From assembly GCA_002633005.1 (NCBI GenBank), contig NMRA01000520.1:129559-193558 (forward strand): 64,000 nucleotides of DNA, in the 5' to 3' direction. Source of the stretch: Phoronis australis (Eukaryota; Animalia; Phoronida). The position numbers and the translations under genes are program-made. Shown here one piece after another: positions 24,701-39,700 of this stretch (its first letter is position 1; each line of letters opens with the position of its first letter). The notes beneath the pieces are model-generated. The model made no database searches. It saw only the letters and a list, made by a program, of their open reading frames with translations, and had not been told where the DNA came from.

Positions 24701-27700
24701 GTGATGTGACAACGTTCGCCTAATGTAGTGCCAATAGCGAATGTGCAAATCTCAATGCACATGCCCCAGACCAGTTACTCCCTGTTGCATTCTGGGATAG
24801 TTTGTATGCCTAGCAGCAGCGCCGTGAGAGTTTCTATACAGAAGAGATTACTATATTTAGCTGCCGTTTTCAATTATTAAGACTAGAAAATATATTACAA
24901 ACTCTCAGTATCTTATTAAAATTATAATTTTAAAAATTTGTACACTCCAAGACATGTGTTTATAGTTTACCTGGCCCTGGTCTCCAATATCCGTACTCAG
25001 ACTCGAATCTTACTCAAACTCACACTTCTTACTCACCGCACTTCATTGCCGCCAATTTTTAAAGTCCTTGTAACTACGATTCCTGGCAACTGGCGAATGC
25101 TAATCGCACGTCGACGAGGCAATACAAGGGTCAAAGGCAGCTTTGGTGCGGGGATTGCCGTGATTGAAGTGCGTGTGCAACGATTTGTACGGTTTCCTAA
25201 GGAAAGTTTATGAAAACAATTTGCTTCCCTGTCAGATTTCACAAAATAGTTTATTCATCGATAATTCCTCGATCCCCGAATGATATTCCAGATTTTTTGC
25301 CGATTTAGGAGTAGACGCCTCGTTCCGTTCACTGATGAACTCTGAATGCTTGCCTATATAGTGTACTACATGTAGGTCTAGTGCTTTTAACTCACGCGCC
25401 AAATGTCAGCTAACTTGATAAACCCGGTAAAATGCAAAGATACAGTATCGAAGTTTTGACATCAGCATAGTCATACACGGCAATGGGTTCTATCAGGAAG
25501 AGGTAACCAGGAAGGGACAATTAGCTAAACCGCCGTTTTTGGCCTCCATCCCCGGACTAATTTCAGGACTTAAGTTTCGTTTAAAAGGAAGCAAATGATT
25601 TTATCAGAGAGAATAAAGCTTTTTCTATAGACGGATATCAAAAAACTCACTTTGCAACCTTAAACAGTGGTGTAATTGTACTTTGAAAATATCGACTTCA
25701 GCGCATGCAATCGCAACTTCCCATACGCAGTCACGGGTATTTAAGCTCTTCCGTCGATGTATAGATGGCGCAGTAGTCAAGTACTCACTCATTTGCATAT
25801 CAAATTTGCATGTGGGAGATATGAGACTCGTCAGTTGTTGGTCGAGCGCTTGAGTGGATAAAGCGGTGCCTTCCCGCTGAAAGCACGCGCTGATGAAGAG
25901 ACCACAGCTAACTCGATCGCTTCGCAATCAGGAGGTGAAAGCACTCTCATGACCGCAGTTCTGAATTCCAGCTAAGCAAGCCCTATTTCGAGGGTCGGCC
26001 GGACTTTGAGTTGTTTTCGTCCCCTGACAGTGGAATGCAGAGAAGAATAGAATGAGGTCAACATCGAACTTTCTGCGGCTACCTATTGTGTAGACACAAG
26101 TTTGAAGTGTCAGAACCATAGACGGAGCGCGCGGGATGTCTACGATTCCTGTTCTTCTTCAGTTGACGAAAACATTGCTATCGGCATAAAGAATGACCGT
26201 GGGAAATTCATTTTGAGGTGGACACATGTATTCAAGAATAAATAATTAATACTCTGTAATATCTCACCCTCCGCGTTTCGTTTCTTTGACGTTGTTTGAG
26301 GTTGCGGTATCGTGAAACAACGCCATCGGGTGAGAGAAGTTGCACCGAATAATTGGAATTGGCTGCAGTTCTTTCCTTTAGAGTGCCCGGACTCAACTGT
26401 GACGTTTTCTTGGCAAGTTTCTTGCCTGCCGAAATTTTTCTGAGCATCGAAGACGTCGGCCTTCTGTGCCAATCAACCTTTTATCTGCTACAAAAATGTT
26501 ATGCCTAATTGTCTACCATTTTAGCACACTTTGTGACTCTGCTACAATTAACACTGCCATAATCGTATTTCTTAATTTCACCACAGTATGCATACTTGGA
26601 AGTTAGTTTTGCTAGGTGGTCTCCCAATTTAAGCCACAACAGTTGTTCATCATTAAATGTCTCAAATTCCTCGACGCCATGGACATTTCCCTCAACACAA
26701 AACCCACCATTCTTAAAAATTCGTATATATGTGCTATAATTGCTTCGAAGGACCGGCAGTAACCGTGGCTGGAATGTTGGCTGCTTCGCGACTAAGTTTA
26801 CAGCTAACTCCTGTTGAAATTCTCCATACTTCAAAATTCTTGTTTGCAGGTGTTGGTAATTGCCTTCAATGGTTTTCATAATGAGAGACTAGAAATCCGA
26901 GTTCTCACAACGCCCACTGGCCTGGTGCTGCCTTACACTTACACTGCCGGGCCACCTTGCTACAATCGACTTGCGCAATAGCCGGATTAGTGTCCACATT
27001 TGTGGTCACGTGCCCATGAGACAAGCTGCAGCAACAAATTCAATACGAATCCATAAACCCTTTTACACGCACAACTAAATGCGCAAAACTGCTCCTGCAT
27101 TTCTTAAACATTTAATCTAATGCTCAAGCTATGCAACGAGTGCGTCAGTGTTGAAACACAAACATGACAATGGCCCAACGATGGACTCCTTGCATCAGGA
27201 CCTTAGTAAGCGGGGGGAGGGCGCGTGCCACCCCAAAAAAATGCATGCCTCAGGGTCAAACCGTAGCAACCGACAAAGGTGTGGGGCTGGGGAAAGACAA
27301 GAAAGAAAGACTTCGAATACTGATCAGAGAGAAAATTCAAGAAAACATTGAAAACTCGGTATCAGTGTATGGTTTACCATTTGAGGGCCCTGGCCAGGAC
27401 AATTGTTGTTAGGGTCTCCGTTTTTCAGCATAGGTCGTCTAAACTCCCTTGAAAATGTGCACTTAATCATTCATACATGTATTTCGAAAATTCGAGAGAA
27501 TTTGTAAAGCAAAATGTTGCGGAACGTATTTCAGAGGTGCACTATATGGGGGCTGAGGGGGCTTTAGCCCCCACTTTTTTCAGTGCTGCGCCCTCTCCCG
27601 ACATGACACTGCCAACTACTCACGAGGGGAAGATGAGATTTCAAATTCATCAAAAACACAAAACATTCGTGCACAGCACAAAAACTGTCTTGTAAGAAAT

Positions 27701-30700
27701 GGCGATGTGTCACTGAACTTAGTTGAAGGCTGAAGTCTGACTTGAAAATTCGATCCATCATCAGACCACCATTTCGCAAAGAAGGACACTAAACGATAAC
27801 AGTGATATTCATGAATGTCGGGCAGCTCTAAGTGCTTTATTGAATGAAAAACTAGACTAATGAAATTCAAAAATTTACAAACCGTAGATAAAAAAGAAGT
27901 TCAAGTCATTACTCAAAAGATTGTCTTTGCACTTCCTTGATGCTTGTAGTTCCCAGTAGTATTGTGCAATGAATTTAGGTTCTTCTAAACCGAATCGTTT
28001 GCTTGCCATTCCTGTGCATACTGCAAAGGCTGGACACGTCGCAACTCAAAGACGCACCCACGTTAAAAATAAAGTGTAGTCATGCAGTAGGCTGCCCTCG
28101 TAGATTGATTGACGGGAAAAGAACTTGAACTGCAGGGGTTGAACTGCGTGCATTTTTGGGACACACGTTCATTTTCCCCAGCCGCCCGGCAGAAGCTGGA
28201 CCAGTGGCCGTGTTTCAACAAGGAATTTTGATACAGCTCTATAGGCCAAGGATTTCGGGATCATACCTTTCAAAAAAATCTTCAGAAAATGACCGTATTA
28301 AAAAATGAACCTTTCCCGAAACTGGGTCGAAAACGACCTTGGAGCCAGAACACGGGTATAGGTTCGAGTTAAGCCCCACGTCTCAAATTAATCATAGCGG
28401 AGCTGACCAGCGACTAGCATTAGTTCGTCGAATTGCGCATGCATGGATCAGACTTCCCGGCAACGCCACGTTAAATCTGGACTTAAGCAAAATGACGAAG
28501 TCCACGCATACACACAAGCAACCGTATCCAAATACAATTAAATGTATTTTCATGTGAAACCATTCAATGTTCTTTGCACATTGACTTGGGTGAGTTCTTA
28601 ATTTTCTTACATCTGCCCAATCAGGTAGAACTGCGTTTCAAGTCATTCACTATAGGCACCTGGGGGTTCAAATTCGTTGGAAGCTCGCGTCGTATGACGT
28701 CGTATGACGTCATATGACGTAGGAGAGGCGAGCCTCATTTGCATACATTAGTGACATCTGTTGGTTCAAAAAAGAGGATCATGCCCAAGTACATGCCTGG
28801 GAAAAGGCATTTTTGGAAGGGTAAAACAAGTCATGTTCAAAGCATCCCAGTGCCATTAATATGCAGTCTTTAGAGACCAAAGTGGTGTCAGTTTATAGCT
28901 AAAGAGTTAAGCTTTCAAACACAATGCTTGAATTCCAGACGACTTTAACATTTACTTTTGAAATCACCTGTGAAAACACGTTAAAATGCACTAAAACTGC
29001 TGTCCCTTCCTGGTTATCTCTTCCAGGTTCTATGCACGAGAGAACAGGGGTTGTCCAGTAACCAAACAACTGCGGCCCAAATGTCGACTCGGAGTTTCGG
29101 GCTGACGTGGACAACCGGTTTACTAGAAAAGAACACCACCGCTGGCAATAAAGGTACAAACTTTTGAAATTCGACCTCCCGTCAAAGAAATTGTGCAAAT
29201 CGAACTCTCCCTTAAAAATGTTGGTTGCAGGCCTGTGATATGGTACCCGACTCCCGTACCGGAGTTACCCGACTGACCCACCAGTGTGTTAATGAAAAAG
29301 ATAATTTCAATATGCCGTTAATTGTTGGTGTGACCATGCCAGTTTTAGGAGTAATGAGTCAAGTGTAGTCCGGGGAGAATGATCTCTGACTAAATCAGAC
29401 ACTGAGATTTTGGCTGCTCCACTCCGGCCGACTGTCTATCTTTGATAAGCTGATTCAAATTTCTTGAGACATTTTCCGGCGGGAGATAAGGAACTCGAGA
29501 AGTAAAGCTTAATAATTGGCAAATGTATCAAGAATTGGTAGGAGAATATTGTATTGAACAGGGAGCGCTGAATCAGCGCGACTTTTCGTGATTTTGCAGT
29601 TACATCATAACTCAAGCTCCATAGCAACTCGAGTACGATTCTCAGATTTGTGTACGCGTCTGGAGTCTACTCGAAATGTGACATTAAATACGTTTTTGGA
29701 GTAGGCCTAGGACTCAAGTGAGCACGATTTTGAGTACTGATGAAATCCCGAGTACATTACGGCGATTTCCCATTGCTCCCAACATGTTCGATTAAGTAGG
29801 GAAGTTTATCCCTGTAGCCAATATCTTACACGACTGATTAACTCCATTCTGGCATTGATGGTTGGAGGCCAGCTCTCTGTTCTTCGATAGTTATTCTAAT
29901 CTCCAATATGATAGTATCTACCCCGACTGGGCTGTGCTGTTCAAAAAAAGTTAAGTTATAACATATTTGTACATATACCAATAACATTTCTGAAATTTTC
30001 GTCAAATAGTGATCATGTTAAGTTTTTGAATCGCCAAAATCGCCCATCAGCAACCGAAGTTCCGACAATCTATTTTTTTCCGAATACACGTGGTCTGTAA
30101 TAAGCTTGGTAGGTAATTGGCGTACTTGTTGTCATAACAGACAAAAGAGTGTGCTTGGCAGTTAGCAAAGAAGCTAGATGTTATCACTCGTTCAGAACCC
30201 CCTACGTCTGGTAAAGTCACTGAACGGGAAAACGCTGTCGTGATGAGTATGAGCCTGACGGAGATTGCAGACCGGATCCCGGAGTCACAGTCGACGGAGC
30301 CGGTGTGCGGCAACGTTGACTTCATTCATTTCCAAAATATTTCCATAATTAAATGCAGTTGCATGCTTCCTGCACTAGTTATTCGTATATTATTAATTTT
30401 TGGATAAGAATTCAAGTAAAATATCTTTATTGACAGCTTCCGTGCTAAACTTTCTTTGCAACAACACCCGGAAACACTGTACACGATCGGTTGTCGAGCG
30501 ACGGAGGCATACATTTCCCATAATGCAAGTGCGACGGCAAATTCAAGATGGCGGATTTGCTCAATCGCTATATAATGTACACATTTAAACCAGGGTCGCC
30601 GGGCGAACAAATGTCATGGAACACTCGGGATATGGTTAATGGACTAACCTCAGTAGCTCTCTGTATTCCAGCACCTATGCTTGTTAACCCACCGACAACA

Positions 30701-33700
30701 ACTGGCAGCTTGGTTATCAACATGTTTCGATCTTCCTGATTGGTCACCTCGACTAGTCCTTGCAATGTTCTCGCGCGCGAATTGAAACTAACAATTGCAA
30801 TCTTTGATTTCAACTCCACTGAACCGAGGATGAAGGAGCTAGTCGCTTGTCGCATTTTCCTCAAAGGTGTTCCCTACAAATAATAGGACAATTACGGTGT
30901 AGTCTACGCCACGGATTCGTTAAACTCGGGAAGATACACAACTATTCAGGCTGATATTGAAGCAGACCTGAATTGCACACCCAACTGCGGCAACAGGATG
31001 GATGCCAGTTTGGTATGAAGCCAAAACCACATGCTACAGGCTTTCAATTTTAAGAAATACACACTTTAACATTAAGTTATAGTTTAGGCCATACTTTTGT
31101 ACAAGACTTGTATGCATTTGGTTAAACACACACTGTAGACAAGTAAAGTTCCACGTCATCCCAACCACAGTTGATGAATGGAACTCCAAAGTTATGTCAC
31201 GTGTCCTACAGTAAAAGATATAACAAGCTATTTACCCCCATCGATCCAGATACGTCCAGAACGAGGCATATCCTTTTCTTCTCACTTTCCTTTGATCCCT
31301 GTACAACTTGGAAAATGGGAGTAGTGTCCAAAACCTCTTGCGGGGCACTTTGATCTGCAAGTAATAAGGAGTAAACAGAGTTTATTTAATGACAACAGGC
31401 CATAACCTTTCAAGTTATGATTATCTGGCAGATTTATGCCAAACATCTACAAAATTATACATTTATCCCAGTAACAGTAATTATTTTACGAAAATCTACA
31501 GTGCGCAGATTTTTTTTGTTTTTTGTTATCTGCAATGAATTGAACCACTGTCCGGGATATGTCTTTAGTAAAATTTAGCAATGACGAAAGGTACATTGAC
31601 AGCAAGTGATCGGTATCAATAACATGATGGAATTTTACTTTACACCAATGTTAAATATAAAAATGGTAAAGTTTTAAAAATCCTCATTTCCTTTGTCTTA
31701 CGCCAGTTGAAAGACTTTTTATGGAAATCAAAAGTCCTATTTTGATAGCATCTCTCACAAGATAGAACGTTTTAAAACGCACCGAACAGCGTTTCGGAGC
31801 AGGGAACAAAGCAGAATACCTGATACTCAGAAGTGAATCCAATCAGTTTTTTCTTGTATAGGATGTTCCACAGTTAGCCAAATTTGAACAGTTTCTGGGG
31901 TACAACATAACTTAAATGAACGTCGGAAATGACGTAAACAGGATGTGGAAGTTACAACAATTGCTGGGAATCTGTTTTACGAAAGAGACTTACAGAAGAA
32001 TTAACTAGAAAGTTGGCCTTACGCGGACAGTTGAAATTCTGAATAAAGTTTTAACCAAGTATTGATGAGAACACCACAGTCTAGAAATAACTTACAGAAA
32101 TCATCTCAGTACCTAACAGTTACAGTGTGCATATTATCATACACCTTGCACGTTTGCTCAAGTGTGACTTAATAGATTTTCAGAAATAGCTCTGCGGATC
32201 AAAATACTATTTTTACTTAAGTCTTTAGTCATTTTTGCGGGAAACAGTTCCTGGGCCCTCTGTAGTGACTAAGAAGTCCTTACAATAGTTTTGTTTCCAG
32301 TTCATTTACACTGATAAAATTATGGGTACGTAAGTCTGTACCATGCATTGGTTTCCACTTTGTCGAGAGGCGCCTTTTTGTTGACGCAATACGATCCCAT
32401 TCACTTTTAAAAAATAAAATATTCGGCTTTGTATGACAGCCAGGTATCAAAATGGCATCCATTATGCTGGAGACCACGGAAGTGAATGTATATACTTCAT
32501 TTATTCACTGCTTATCAAAAGTCCGCGTGATCCCCACAATGGCACCAGTCATTTCCAACACTTAGCAGTAAGGACTCTTCTTCTTTAAGCACAATTCTGT
32601 ACACTGGCTCAGTATAAAGCAACGGCATATTTCATACCTCCTGCAAAGTCCGGGTGCCTCTGCATAATGTCCCAGGCGCTTTTGCCTTTGCACCATTTGT
32701 TCTGTCGATTTGGTGCCACCGCGTTATGAAATCTCGCTGGGCTTGATGGATCACTGTCGCAGAAGTCTTCAATCTCAAAAACAAATAAGAAAGGTAGACG
32801 TTTAGCAGCAACTAAAGAAATACGGTAGCATTACATACACTGTACGTCAAGACACGTCATATTACTCATTCATGCAGCAACAGGAACCAGGGGAGGTAGA
32901 TGCATAAAAGTGGTGATGACCTTGACCGAGGGCACGGCAATCTGCCGTCGAAGTGGCGATTGCGATAATCTTTGCTACCCCAGTGCCACGGTTGTTCTTT
33001 GAGTCGTGCAAAATGGCAATGGTTACCATATCAATATATATCTTTGTCATAAATATACATGTAAGTGAAAGCAGCAATTTTAAAGACGTTGCAAATTCAT
33101 GTAATATTTAGCAGAAGGGAACGAGGCGAGTATTATCCAGTAGCTGAGTGATTGTGGTTAAGCAAGCAACGCAACCCAAGAGACCAACAGGCTAAGGCAT
33201 ACTGTATTCCGCTATAAGAAATAAAACGAAACAAATCGAAAGGATACCAATATTCCAACTGATCTATCTTTCGCAAAATTGCAAACTTAAACTGAAAAAC
33301 GTCGACGTTTGAAATTTGTTCATAGTGCCGTCTAATAACCGGCCAACATTTTACAGATCCTTGTCTCATTCCTAGTCCACGTTTGAAGATTCACATCTGT
33401 TGTAGGTAGTATTTTGAAAAGTGTCTTCAGTTAGCTCCTCTGATTAATTCCCCTGTTGAGGTCTCCTCTTTCGTGAAATACATTTTTGAAATGCCTCTTT
33501 ACGGGTCAACATAAAACGCACGAGCACGGAATACAATAAGAAGACGTCGCTGAGGACATGTATTCACCGTCGCCATCTTCTTATCGATTTCAGCTTGCCT
33601 TTTTCTCATACATGTAGTTCTGTGCATCAACCCGTTAAACCGATTTGCAAGGTCAATCGATAAATTTGGAGGGAAGGAGTATCTATTTGAGGCCACTCTG

Positions 33701-36700
33701 GTGGGGACCAGTGGCGACTGAAGAAAAACTAAGCGATGGGGGGAGGGGCACTTTGACGAAGCATATTGACGCAAAACGAGTTTTTACCTTCCTGGCTGCT
33801 AATTCGCCCGACTCCACTAAGTGAGTGCTTCGTGAAACTGAAGAACTGTAAGCGTAACTAGAAAGATTATTGTCACGGCGTGACAATAATGGACTCTGCG
33901 CGTGCGTATTACTGGAATTACTATGGGAAGTTACTGACAGCAACTCGTTTACCAATATGAAAAGGAATTCTTTAAAATTGTACGAGAAATTACATATTAA
34001 TTTTTGATGACCTTTCCACTAATTGACCTCTTCCGGTGCATTATGATCCCCGATGAGGGAGTATCTGTTAACTCGATTAAAAGTGTGGTTAATGCTAATA
34101 ATCACAGGTGTTTTACTTTAAACACTTCAGAGTACAAGATGAATGACTTGGTCAAACTTTCAAAAGAAAAATACACCTAATGACCCCCTAGGTGCACCAA
34201 ATGACCTGAAAATTTAGAATTAAAACTCGATCGAACTTAGTAAACAGATACGTAATTCTGTATTCTCTAGCTCAAAAGTTTAGTTTGCACTCAATGACCT
34301 TTGACCTATTTTTTTCTGATTGCTTAGGCCTATTGTAAAGTAAAGTAGGGTGTTCAATTGGCATGTTGACTTACACCAGTGTGCTGAAATTGAAAAGAAT
34401 TCCTTGAAAAACGTAAGAGATATAACATTTTGAACGTTACATGACCTTTGCACTAATTGACTTTATCCGGTGCATTTTAAGCATCTTAAGGAGAATTATT
34501 GCGAAACCCATGGAAAATGTGTTTAACGCTGAGAATGACAGTTGTCTAACGGTTGACACATCAGAATACTTGCTGATTGAAAAGGTTAAATTTTCAGAAG
34601 AAAAATGCACCTAATGACCCCATGTTTGCACTAAATGACCTGAAACTTTGGATTCCGATTTGATTTACCAGTGGCAATCATACCGGTCAATTTGAAGTGT
34701 CTAGCTCAAAATTTTAGTTTGCACCTAAGGACCTTTGACCTATTTCACCTGTTTGGATGACCCGATTACTTAGAAAAGTAAATTTTTAAATTGCCATGGT
34801 GACTTATACCTGTGCACCGAATTTGAAAAAGAAAGCTTTAAAACTGAAGGAGGAGCATCATTTTGAAAATTATATGACCTTTGCACCAAACGACCTCTTC
34901 CGGTGCAATATGGATTATGATTATATAACCAATCAAAATTTATATACTGTCAAAAGTCATATGCTGAATTTAAAGACCGTACCTGGACCCAGTTTGGAGT
35001 TATTAAGCCTCAAACTTGGTCGGAAGAAGAATAAGAATAAGAAAAATTAGAATACGAATAAGAATAAGAATAAAATTGAAGAAAACCCAGGAACAACAGT
35101 ACTCTGCGCTTACACGCGCAGAGTAATAAGAAGAATAAAATTGAAGAAAACCCAGGAACAACAGTACTCTGCGCTTACACGCGCAGAGGAATTACTTTTC
35201 TGTCTCCACTTTGAAAACCTAATAGCGAACTTCCTAACATTATTATACAGTTGGACCATGTTATGACGAAGCCACTGGTACCTACATTTTAATCCTCGCG
35301 ATATCCATTGGCTAAAATTATAAAAATCATCACTTGTCATGAATTGGATTCAAGTGATACTCCGCCATTTTAGATTTGTTACTATACTAAGTCGTGAGTG
35401 AGATTCATTACGGAACGATTGAACAAGGCCGACTATGGCGACTGGACTAAGCGTGTTTAACTGGGAATAATTAACTCTGGTTAACTATATACATGTAAAC
35501 ATAATAACGAACATGCAATATTAAACTAATTAAGTAAAATGGCTATACATTTCGAAAACTTGTGATGATGCTAAATGGTATAATATAAGTATAAATGAGT
35601 TCAAAGTAAAAGGAAGAATTCTCATTTGGCCTTAAGCATTCGAAATGTGCAGGTACGGTACATGTACATGTGTACAGTAATACCCGGCGAAGCCAGGACA
35701 CGCCTGCGTTGACTTCTATGCTCCGCTGCGCAGGATGAACACATTGATTGAATCCGTGTGAAACTTGTGTGACAAAGAAATTAAAAAAGTAATGCGTCAT
35801 GCTTGTAACACCACAAAGTCTTCCGATCGCCAACAATCAGCTCATAAACTGCAGTTCACTACACCCATCGTTTGCGTTTTCAGTCGCAGTATTTATATAT
35901 ATATGTATTCAAACATCGGAGGTATAGATTGAAAGTTTTCGTCACGTTTTCAATTATATTGTGTTAATTTTTTGAAAATAAAGTCAAAGTCACTTTTGCA
36001 AGTGATTATTTTCCGGCCAAGTAACACGGCAACTGCCGGAAATTACATACTTCGCCCGGGTTGTCGTTTCCCGGTAGCAAATATCAAGAATAGGTGCATG
36101 TTATTGCAATTCAGGTGAGGTGCGCACTGTTTTGAGATAAACATGTCTTTGTTTATTGAAACTTCTCTGTGTGTGGATGTTCTTTTCTACTTTAGATTTT
36201 TAACGGCCAGTAAAGCCGCTGCCAATTTCCTTTCAAGTGCGCGGAAATGTGAGCTCTCGCGTCCGGCAAACCACACAATTGCTCAAGCTGGACTGCAACA
36301 GTGTCCCGATAAGGCGATAAAAATAAGACATTGGCCGATATAGAAAGGTTCTTCCTCTAATTTATTACCGGAACGGGTACTGTTGCTGAAGTTTGACGTA
36401 GCGTCGCGATGAGTCTTGGCTGACCTCAGTAGCCGAGTGGTGGCTGCGGGATATGCGACGTACTTACAAACTTGTGATTACTTAAATTCCTTCTTGCAAA
36501 CTGCCCATGTGGTTCCAGTATCCGAAAATACTTACTACATAAAATTTTATTTTCGACACCCTTTATTTACATTCTTTTCACCTTTCTTGCCAAAAGCGAT
36601 TTTTGAACAGTATTTGACCCTTCTCTCTGAGCGTATGATTACCGGTTGTCACCGGTTATTTCCGTACCCACATTTCCGGCTCATCAGTTCAGGAACTTGT

Positions 36701-39700
36701 CCTGAACGACGCCTTTTTTTCATGTAACTGAATGTGCTATCGCTTGCTCGAAAAGTCTTCATTATTTTGTTTTATTAGAAATATCTCGTGATTCGTTTGC
36801 ATATGCACTGTATTTATAGTTCGTTGTTAGTGGTCGTTGATTTTTTTGGAATGTTACGCGTACTTAGTATGTTAAAATAGCATTTGGTGTTTAGTTCCTT
36901 ACGTAGGCCGGTCGAACCTAGGAACCAATATGAGTCGAACCATTTTTTTTCTGTTTTATTTTTTTCTCGTTTTGAAAAAGTACTTTGCTATCATCGGAAA
37001 GTTAGTGCATTCTACTCAGTAAAAATCGAAAAAGTATCAAAATCGGGGCAAGCAGTGTAAAGTTAATGTAAGTTTTGTGGCGAAATTTGGGTCACTTTGT
37101 TTGGATCGCGTCGGCCATATTCGAGGACAGCGGGATAAGTTCCGAGTTCAAAAATTTGTGTAAACTGTTTTAGCCAACAAATTACGTTGAAATTTAGTTA
37201 GACATATCTTAATTTACTATTCTGCACGATTTAATAGTGTTCTCCGAATTTCAGCCTCGCAGTTGTTACACATTAAGTGATAAATGTGCTCACCATTCCC
37301 GATGGACTTCGTCTCATTTCTGGCCGCACCGACAACATGGCGACTTTTGCTGAACTGAAAGGCATGTTCAATCGGCTACTTTGTAATTTGTGAAGATTTA
37401 AAATTGATACAATTTGACAAACGTTGCTACAAAAAAGAAACTTTGTTCAATTTTCGTTTTTTGTGCAAAAATATAAGATGTATTCGAATTATTTTACTGT
37501 AAATTTCCCATTCAGGTGATCTTACGCTAAAGCTAAAAAATAGTTGAAATAATTTTGAAACGGTTTTTTGTTTGACTGTCAACTGCTGTTCAGGACTTGA
37601 TTCAGTGTTCCAAAATGATTCATATTTTTCTAAATTTTATGTCTCAATTGCTTTCAAGTCATGTTTTGTAACTTATTGCTTCTTAATTCAGGTTACCAAG
37701 TCAACAATATGAATAATCTTAATTTGAGAAATAAGCTATGTTGGATTGTGAAGCTTCAAGCCTCTAATTCTTGTTCCTTGCAACTTCATATTTTTTAAAT
37801 GAGGCTTGTTAAATTCTGGTGTAAGGAAACACTATTCCGTCACCATGGTAATAGTTACATGTATGTCCACTTTCATTTCATATGGAAACTTGCTGTTGAA
37901 TAGAGTTTGTACTGCTAAATGTTGTAAAGTATTGTGCATTTTAAGTTACGTATTATGTTAAAAGTTTGAATCATTTTGGGTTAATGAATAAAAATGATAA
38001 CATTTTGTATTGGACTTCTCATACTTATGTGCTCTAAAAAGCTCCATTTTTGGAGAACTGGAAAAAGGTCTGCCTCAGTCAGAGAAGCCCGAATTCCGAA
38101 AAAAGTAGAAAATGAAACAGAATTCCACTAGAAGACAAGAAGTACTAAAACTTAACGTCTGCAATTCATAGTTCTGAACATACCCACTGAATCTTATAGT
38201 AAAAGATAGACATTCCCAAAAATTCCAGCCCCCCCATTCTTTTAGGCTTGGTGCGCTCATACAAAGTCTGGGAAAATCTCAATTGAAAGCCAATAACTTT
38301 GCACAGTTCGCCAGAAGTACCCAGCGACCAGTTAGGCCTAAGGGTAGCCTTGGCGCAAAGCTGTATAGGCCTACTAACAACCTGTATTTTGACGATAGTC
38401 TTCACTGGTAGCTGGCACTGAGGCTAACTAAGGTCTGCCGCGGCAGTGTGACACAGGACAAACCAGCCCGTAATTTCATGCAAGTGTTTGAAAATATCCT
38501 TGAATATATGCAGCATTTGTGATTTGACCATTTCACTTTGACAAAACAGCTTGCAACCGCATGCGTTTACCGTTCGCCAGTGTCTGGTCTCGATCGGCAC
38601 TGGGTCGGATAGGCTGCGGTCCCGAGTATGGCAAAATAATTTCTGTCAAAATTTATTAGCCACATTTCTCCACCAAATTCAATAAAATTGTCCGTATTTT
38701 GATTTTATTAAAATTAAAGCGCGCTGTCGATTATTTTATCCCAGTTTGCAGGCTGGTAACAGGCACTCACACTGACGGCGTTTTCTTAGCCTGGGTTCCT
38801 GAATGAATTGTACTTCTGGGTTCGCGGCAAGTTCAAAATGGCGGTGGTTCTTCGGGTGCGAATCGTGAGTGGCGCGTTCATTTAAACTTTTTTTGAGTAC
38901 GGATCGTGTATTAGTTATGGAGTAGGTACTTCTTGGATCCTTATAACATCCTCTAACCATGTAATAAGGGTTAACAACGCGAGAGAGAAGGACTTTAAAT
39001 ACCATTCGTCATATGCAAAGAAAAGGTAAATTTGGACAATAAATAATCAAATTTGTGTGAAAAAGAATCAAAATGAAAATCAAAAACAACCAAACAAAAT
39101 AACAAGTCATTAACGCTCACGGTGATATCAATACGTTTGCAAAGATAACATGACCGTCATTCAGGAACCGTTCTAAGTGATGCACAGAGCTCAGGTCACA
39201 GAAATAGACGGGAATAGTCGATGATTTTCTGATCTCGGAGGTACAAAATTGTGCTAAAAAAGTTTAATAAGAGAAAAGAGGTCTACATTATGCCATGTTA
39301 CATCATTATGGCATGTTGCATATTGCTTAATGTGGTATGTATTTTCAAGTTTTTAAAACTAGAGTACCCTTTGAGACAAGGGGTTTAAGAGGAACTCACC
39401 CCATTCAAAAACTGCATGAACATTACTGAAGCTGACGAGGTATCTTGAGTTCTGTCTGGTAAAAAGTAACAGTCGTTCTCTGGAAGTCCGGTGGTTTGGT
39501 TTTCGAAACACTGTCCCCGAGTTTTCAAGTTTATCAAACGGCCTTTTATATTATCTGTGCAACTGAAAATAAAACAACGCTCTATTTCAAACTCTACGGG
39601 TCCGCGTCTTGCAACTACAGGTTGTGGAATAGATTACATGTATAGGCATCAGAATCTTTAAAATACACATAACCAGTTCGTGTTTGTTATTCACAAGCTC

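Noticed and set aside
24024-29215. Possible TTAA-GGG TIR pair enclosing CLCA exon 9
   Set aside because: The match breaks down after about 7 bp.
35065-35190. Palindromic direct repeats resembling a CRISPR array
   Set aside because: Only two units, identical intervening sequence, eukaryotic context; explained by the HINE terminal duplication.
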